Below the pieces are notes generated by a model that had not been told where the DNA came from, ran no database searches, and was given only the letters and a program-made list of their open reading frames with translations. DNA of 64,000 bases. It comes from Fibrobacterales bacterium (GTDB lineage: Bacteria; Fibrobacterota; Fibrobacteria; Fibrobacterales; JAOPTW01). The stretch covers positions 1 to 64,000 of the forward strand of contig JAOPTW010000027.1 in NCBI GenBank assembly GCA_051532035.1, written 5' to 3'. How positions within the stretch are numbered: position 1 is the first letter of the stretch; every line of letters starts with the position of its first letter. A program made the translations under genes and the position numbers. Below are positions 59,275-64,000 of this stretch, piece after piece.

Positions 59275-62053
59275 GATCATCCTCATTTTCTTCTGTTCTG
59301 TTACGTTTTTCTAATTTCTTAAGCTCAATTATTTTTAACCACTTCTCTAACGTTTTAATAACCGAAACCGAATTTATTGGTTTTGGTATGTAATCATCCA
59401 TGCCTGCATCGAGACACTTCTCTTTATCACCTTCCATCGCATTAGCCGTCATTGCTATAATTGGCAATTCTGGATTTAATATATCTACACCTTTTTGACG
59501 AATAACGCGTGTCGTCTTATACCCGTCCATTACAGGCATCTGTACATCCATAAAAATCAGATCATATTCTTTCTCTTTAAGACGCTGAAGGGCCTCTTCT
59601 CCGTTACCTGCAATATCGGGAACAATACCTGCCTTTTTCAATACACCAGTAGCAACTTTTTGATTTATTTTATTATCCTCAACCAACAAGAGGCGTACAC
59701 TCGACCGAATATTTTTACTGATACTGTACTGAGTAATAATTTCCTTTTTCTTTTTTTGCTCAGCATCTACCTCGAGACCCAAAGCCTCTTCTAAACATTC
59801 ATGGAGCTCTCGCGCAAGTACCGGCTTAGTTAAATAGGCTGTAAAACCCATTTCTGAAAGTCGACTCACATCCCCGCGTTTACCCATTGAACTCATCATA
59901 ATCAGTATAATATCCGCTATCTCTGGATCATTCTTTATTGCCTGACCAACCTGCTCTCCATCCATCCCCGGCATCTGCATATCTAAAATCGCTACAGTAT
60001 ATGGAGACCCTTTCTGTTTTGCCTCTTTTAATAATTCAATTCCAGAAGGCCCACCCTCAGCAAGATCACAAGCCACATTCCACGAATTCAGCTGCTTTTC
60101 TACAACTTTTCTATTGGTGTGATTATCATCAATAAACAGAATTTTTTCACCTTCAATATCTTTACGATGCGCAGGTGAATACTGCTTGTCTGATTTATTC
60201 AATTCTATAGTAAACCAAAAAAGTGATCCTGTAGTGCCATGATGACGGCAAACCTCTGAACCATGCTCAACGGGACTCTCAACCCCTATTTCACCATTCA
60301 TCAATGCAACGAGTTGTTTCGAAATAGCAAGACCAAGCCCCGTACCACCAAATTCTCGGGTTGTTGAACTATCTGCCTGAGTAAATTTTTCAAAGAGCAT
60401 CTCTTGCTTCTCTTTAGGGATACCAATCCCCGTGTCGCGTACGCCAACCTTTAACCGAATTGCACTGCCGATGTCTTCCTCAAACTGTACACAAACAATA
60501 ACTTCACCCTTCTCAGTAAATTTAATGGCATTTCCTGTTAGATTAGTAACTACCTGTCTGAGACGCCCTGGATCACCTTTCACATAAACCGGTACTTCGC
60601 TATCGATACTACAGATAAACTCAATACCTTTTTCATCAGTTCTAAAAGCCATGGTATTAGCAAAGCTCCCCAGCATAGAATGGAGATCAAAATCTATCTC
60701 TTCAAGATCAAGTTTACCCGCCTCAATTTTTGAAAAGTCCAGGATATCATTTATTATTGAGAGAAGTGACTCCGCGCTACTATGAACCGATTCTGCAAAC
60801 CCTCTCTGCTCATTATTCAGAGAGGTATCAAGGAGTAACTCATTCATACCAAGCACCCCATTCATTGGCGTCCTAATTTCATGACTCATGGTGGCTAGAA
60901 AATCACTTTTCGCCCTACTTGCAGCTTCTGCCGCTTCGGTCTGCTCTACAAGAACTTTATTAAGGTCGCGAATACGCTTTTCTTCGGTGAGATCCATAAA
61001 GACAAACACAACTCCTGTCACATCACCCTGGTCATTGCGTATAGGCGCACCACTATCACTCATAAATTTTATATCACCATGCGGCGTCAGTATCACTGTT
61101 TGATTTGAGAGCTTCGTTATACCGCCTGCCCCTAAGACTATCCCTACTGGATCTTCGATACGCTTCCTTGTAGTCTGATTTTCTAAAGTTAATACCTCAT
61201 CAAAAAAGAGACCTCGAGAATCTTCAATTTTCAACCCCACCAACTCTTCAGCTGCCGGATTCATCCGCTCTATTTGACCCTCAACATTTGTAGTAATGAC
61301 CGACTCACCCAGAGAGTCAAGCGTTGTCCGAAGATCACGCTCTTGTTCTTCCAACTCAACTTTAGCGTCATGTATGGTATCCATTAACGCATTAAAATTA
61401 TCATAAAGCACCCCAATTTCATCTCTACTCTCTTTTTCAATATGTCTCTCCGCTTGCTCCCCTCTCGACAACTGGTCCATAAACTGAACCAACTTGATAA
61501 TTGGCGCCGTTACCGATCGCTGTAATATATAAGCAAGAAGGAGGCTTCCACAAACAAGTGCTAACAACAAGATTAAAAGAGTAATGACATTCGAGCGATT
61601 CTCTGCATCCATTTTACTAGCTGATGCAATGATATAGACCAATCCAATACGTTGTTCCTGCTCAAGAATAGGGTAGAACATATGAAGTCCATTCTCTACA
61701 AATTGATGCCCTTTTCGCAATTGATTATTTCTTTCAGACTTCAAGCTCCCTTCTCGGGTATACTCAGCAAATACCAGTGAATCTGCACCATATACGATCA
61801 CCTGCTCAATCACATCAAAAGATTCCATCGAGTTAAGATAACTCTGAGCCACTTCACTATCATCAAACATTAATGGAACGGTCACATATCGACTCACCAC
61901 CTTTGCTTGCTCCATAATCGAGTTGACAAAATTATTTTTTAAATTTGTTGCACTCCGAATACTCAACACGGTAAAGCCAATAGAAAGGGTAACAAAGCTG
62001 ATTCCCACTATAATGAGGAGCAACTTTTTACGTATCGAGATATTACGAATCAT
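59252..62053 (-). CDS. Hybrid sensor kinase (periplasmic sensor, HAMP, PAS, HisKA, HATPase, two REC domains)
   Basis: [33 protein letters not shown] and [11 protein letters not shown]. Confidence 0.93.
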   Translation of the reverse strand: MIRNISIRKKLLLIIVGISFVTLSIGFTVLSIRSATNLKNNFVNSIMEQAKVVSRYVTVPLMFDDSEVAQSYLNSMESFDVIEQVIVYGADSLVFAEYTREGSLKSERNNQLRKGHQFVENGLHMFYPILEQEQRIGLVYIIASASKMDAENRSNVITLLILLLALVCGSLLLAYILQRSVTAPIIKLVQFMDQLSRGEQAERHIEKESRDEIGVLYDNFNALMDTIHDAKVELEEQERDLRTTLDSLGESVITTNVEGQIERMNPAAEELVGLKIEDSRGLFFDEVLTLENQTTRKRIEDPVGIVLGAGGITKLSNQTVILTPHGDIKFMSDSGAPIRNDQGDVTGVVFVFMDLTEEKRIRDLNKVLVEQTEAAEAASRAKSDFLATMSHEIRTPMNGVLGMNELLLDTSLNNEQRGFAESVHSSAESLLSIINDILDFSKIEAGKLDLEEIDFDLHSMLGSFANTMAFRTDEKGIEFICSIDSEVPVYVKGDPGRLRQVVTNLTGNAIKFTEKGEVIVCVQFEEDIGSAIRLKVGVRDTGIGIPKEKQEMLFEKFTQADSSTTREFGGTGLGLAISKQLVALMNGEIGVESPVEHGSEVCRHHGTTGSLFWFTIELNKSDKQYSPAHRKDIEGEKILFIDDNHTNRKVVEKQLNSWNVACDLAEGGPSGIELLKEAKQKGSPYTVAILDMQMPGMDGEQVGQAIKNDPEIADIILIMMSSMGKRGDVSRLSEMGFTAYLTKPVLARELHECLEEALGLEVDAEQKKKKEIITQYSISKNIRSSVRLLLVEDNKINQKVATGVLKKAGIVPDIAGNGEEALQRLKEKEYDLIFMDVQMPVMDGYKTTRVIRQKGVDILNPELPIIAMTANAMEGDKEKCLDAGMDDYIPKPINSVSVIKTLEKWLKIIELKKLEKRNRTEENEDDHENEPND

Positions 62054-62619
62054 TTGGCGCCCCCTTGCATTTTTTTGAGATAACTCAATAAGAAGGAGCT
62101 TGCCTTAAGGCCCGAAGCAGCCATGGCCCCGGTGTTCATATTAAAACGGATTTTATTAGCATCTTTGTAGAGCACCACATGGGCCCCCTTCGCTAACAAT
62201 GAGGGATTTTCAGTAACAATCAATGCACGGTGTTTTTGATTCTTCTTAATCAAAAGGTCAAAATCATCCTCATTTTCCGGAGATATATAGATAACATGTG
62301 CAAAAGGAATGGAATCACTCAAGGAGTATTCTTGAACGGTCGCCACCCTTTTTTTAATAGTGCGCCCCTCCATACCTTTTTTAATCCAAGCCGAAAGAGG
62401 TGAGTCCCCCAGTATCAGTACTATGAATTTTTCTGATTGGTCGCCCTCACTCCAAGACACCAAGGATACAACTTTTATTAAATATGCGGCTTTGAGTTTA
62501 TTTTCCCCAGAATTTTGACTAAAAACGTTAGAAAATGCCAACAACACTACTACAAGCAGTATGATTTTCCTAATAGGAAAGCTTTTCTCAAAATATCTAG
62601 ACAAACAACATCCTAACAT
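62050..62619 (-). CDS. YfiR family periplasmic protein
   Basis: ENKLKAAYLIKVVSLVSW, IRFNMN and GLKASSFLL motifs. True start uncertain. Confidence 0.8.
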   Translation of the reverse strand: MLGCCLSRYFEKSFPIRKIILLVVVLLAFSNVFSQNSGENKLKAAYLIKVVSLVSWSEGDQSEKFIVLILGDSPLSAWIKKGMEGRTIKKRVATVQEYSLSDSIPFAHVIYISPENEDDFDLLIKKNQKHRALIVTENPSLLAKGAHVVLYKDANKIRFNMNTGAMAASGLKASSFLLSYLKKMQGGAK

Positions 62620-62979
62620 AGATGGTATATTTCTTGATTATTCTACCAAAACTTTCCCTGTAAATGCCAATTTTGGGCCATTTTCTTCAAAATCGCCAGC
62701 AACGCTTACCAAAAATAAGCATTATTGATTGTTTCTATACTTCACGCCCTACAATCCGTCTATTTCGGCCATTAATCATCATTTAAGTATCTCCTTATTT
62801 TTCAACAACTTACACATCCACCACCACCGGTAACAAATTGTGAACGACCTTTACAATGTTATCGAAATTTAACTATGCTCATCACCATAAAAATGCTACT
62901 TTTCAACTACTACCTAAACCCCTGTGGAACTCAACTCTATTACACACCCCTTTCTGAGTATCCACTTTAAGGAGAACCT

Positions 62980-64000
62980 ATGCAGACTACTGCTTTAGTT
63001 ATTCTATTGTTATTGACCTCTGGCCTTTTCGCCAAGCTTCCTGTCTATTTCGAAAACTTCGAGAATCTTACTACTGCTTCCAATGACTGGAGTATAAACA
63101 GTAGTTATGGCTGGGAGATAGGTAAACCGACTTATCCTTCAGGTCCAGAAGCTGTTTGGGGTGATAATGTTGCCGGACTTCGACTTACTCAATCTACCTC
63201 CTCTGGATCATTTACTCTCACTTCCCCCCAAATTACTCTTCCAACCTCTAGCAACCTTCAACTCGATTTTAACTATTGGTCTAGGCTCTATAATTCTAAC
63301 GAATTGCAAGTAAACATATATACTGCAGGTACTTGGAAAACGATTATCTCAACTCTCTCTTCAAATACATCGAACCAATGGAAGAGAGTCTCCTATGATC
63401 TCTCACTCTATGCAGGGACAAATATTAAACTCCGTTTTATTACAAATGTCAGCTATTCAAGCTACCCCTATCCTGGTGCATATATTGACAATATCATCAT
63501 CACTGCGGACCCCAGTTACACACTCCACAGTGGGATAACTCAATCAGGAACAATGCACCCTTCAAACGTTAGAAACAATGTCACCAGAACTTCAATCTAT
63601 GCAACACCACTTAATGGACATGTATTTGACCAATGGACTTCAAAACAGGGTGCGACATTTGGCGACTCCAAGCAATCAGCCACAACGGTCACCCTCTCTG
63701 CAACAGACACCATCACACCCCTCTTTAAAGTCGCCCCCATGACGCCCCTTACCGAAACACCAGAAACCCTCCACTTTACAAACAATGCCTTTGACTCAAA
63801 TGCATCAAATGGTATTTGGACAACATTTACTGCTCCAAAAGCAGGGAGATATCGATTTAATTATGACGCAACTACGACTACAACAATTTACTCTGTTGCA
63901 GTCTACTCAAGCTCTCTTCTTTCAACCCCTACCCCTAATTACACAAGTGTTACGAATTTTGGAAGTAATGGTATCACTGCAGATTCAGCAGGGCACACGT
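62980..64000 (+). CDS. Secreted surface protein (cleaved-adhesin/MAM-like domain plus InlB B-repeat-like), runs off the window end
   Basis: Not in the ORF track. AAGGAG RBS, MQTTALVILLLL signal peptide, then FENFE...WEIG.P...LTSPQI.L...DLSLYAG.NIKLRF...GAYIDNI and ATP..GHVFDQW. Confidence 0.75.
   Translation, partial: MQTTALVILLLLTSGLFAKLPVYFENFENLTTASNDWSINSSYGWEIGKPTYPSGPEAVWGDNVAGLRLTQSTSSGSFTLTSPQITLPTSSNLQLDFNYWSRLYNSNELQVNIYTAGTWKTIISTLSSNTSNQWKRVSYDLSLYAGTNIKLRFITNVSYSSYPYPGAYIDNIIITADPSYTLHSGITQSGTMHPSNVRNNVTRTSIYATPLNGHVFDQWTSKQGATFGDSKQSATTVTLSATDTITPLFKVAPMTPLTETPETLHFTNNAFDSNASNGIWTTFTAPKAGRYRFNYDATTTTTIYSVAVYSSSLLSTPTPNYTSVTNFGSNGITADSAGHT

Noticed and set aside
63597..63785. 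62-aa minus-strand ORF
   Set aside because: Antisense to the long plus-strand ORF starting at 62980, which has an RBS and a signal peptide.

Overview
Bacterial chromosomal window, roughly 40% GC by eye. The Ser-rich-linker lipoprotein and gene repertoire suggest Fibrobacterota; this is inference. Housekeeping genes (pabB/pabC-like pair, purM, cysS, clpP, ftsY, trpB, aroC, truD, U32/RlhA-like, yciH, ldhA-lctP) are interleaved with many signalling and envelope genes. Five things stand out. (1) An operon of ECF sigma, membrane anti-sigma (ActD/DUF4384-like), exported caspase-family protease with a beta-rich C-terminus, and a lipoprotein; the anti-sigma and the protease share a [RQ]-hydrophobic-[KR]-G motif, suggesting protease-triggered sigma release. 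(2) A YfiR / hybrid kinase / TonB-dependent receptor operon ending in a 64-aa exported peptide that aligns without gaps to the receptor's own N-terminal acidic/Leu motif, a possible decoy or modulator. (3) A ~450-nt ORF-free, promoter-preceded, multi-hairpin region with a 32-bp direct repeat upstream of purM, a candidate new ncRNA. (4) A decaying integron: the integrase appears to lack its usual core-binding segment, and one cassette is bounded by an attI core and an attC with a broken R' box. (5) Three paralogous orphan histidine kinases. No rRNA, tRNA or CRISPR array was found. All family assignments come from motif recognition by eye, not database searches.
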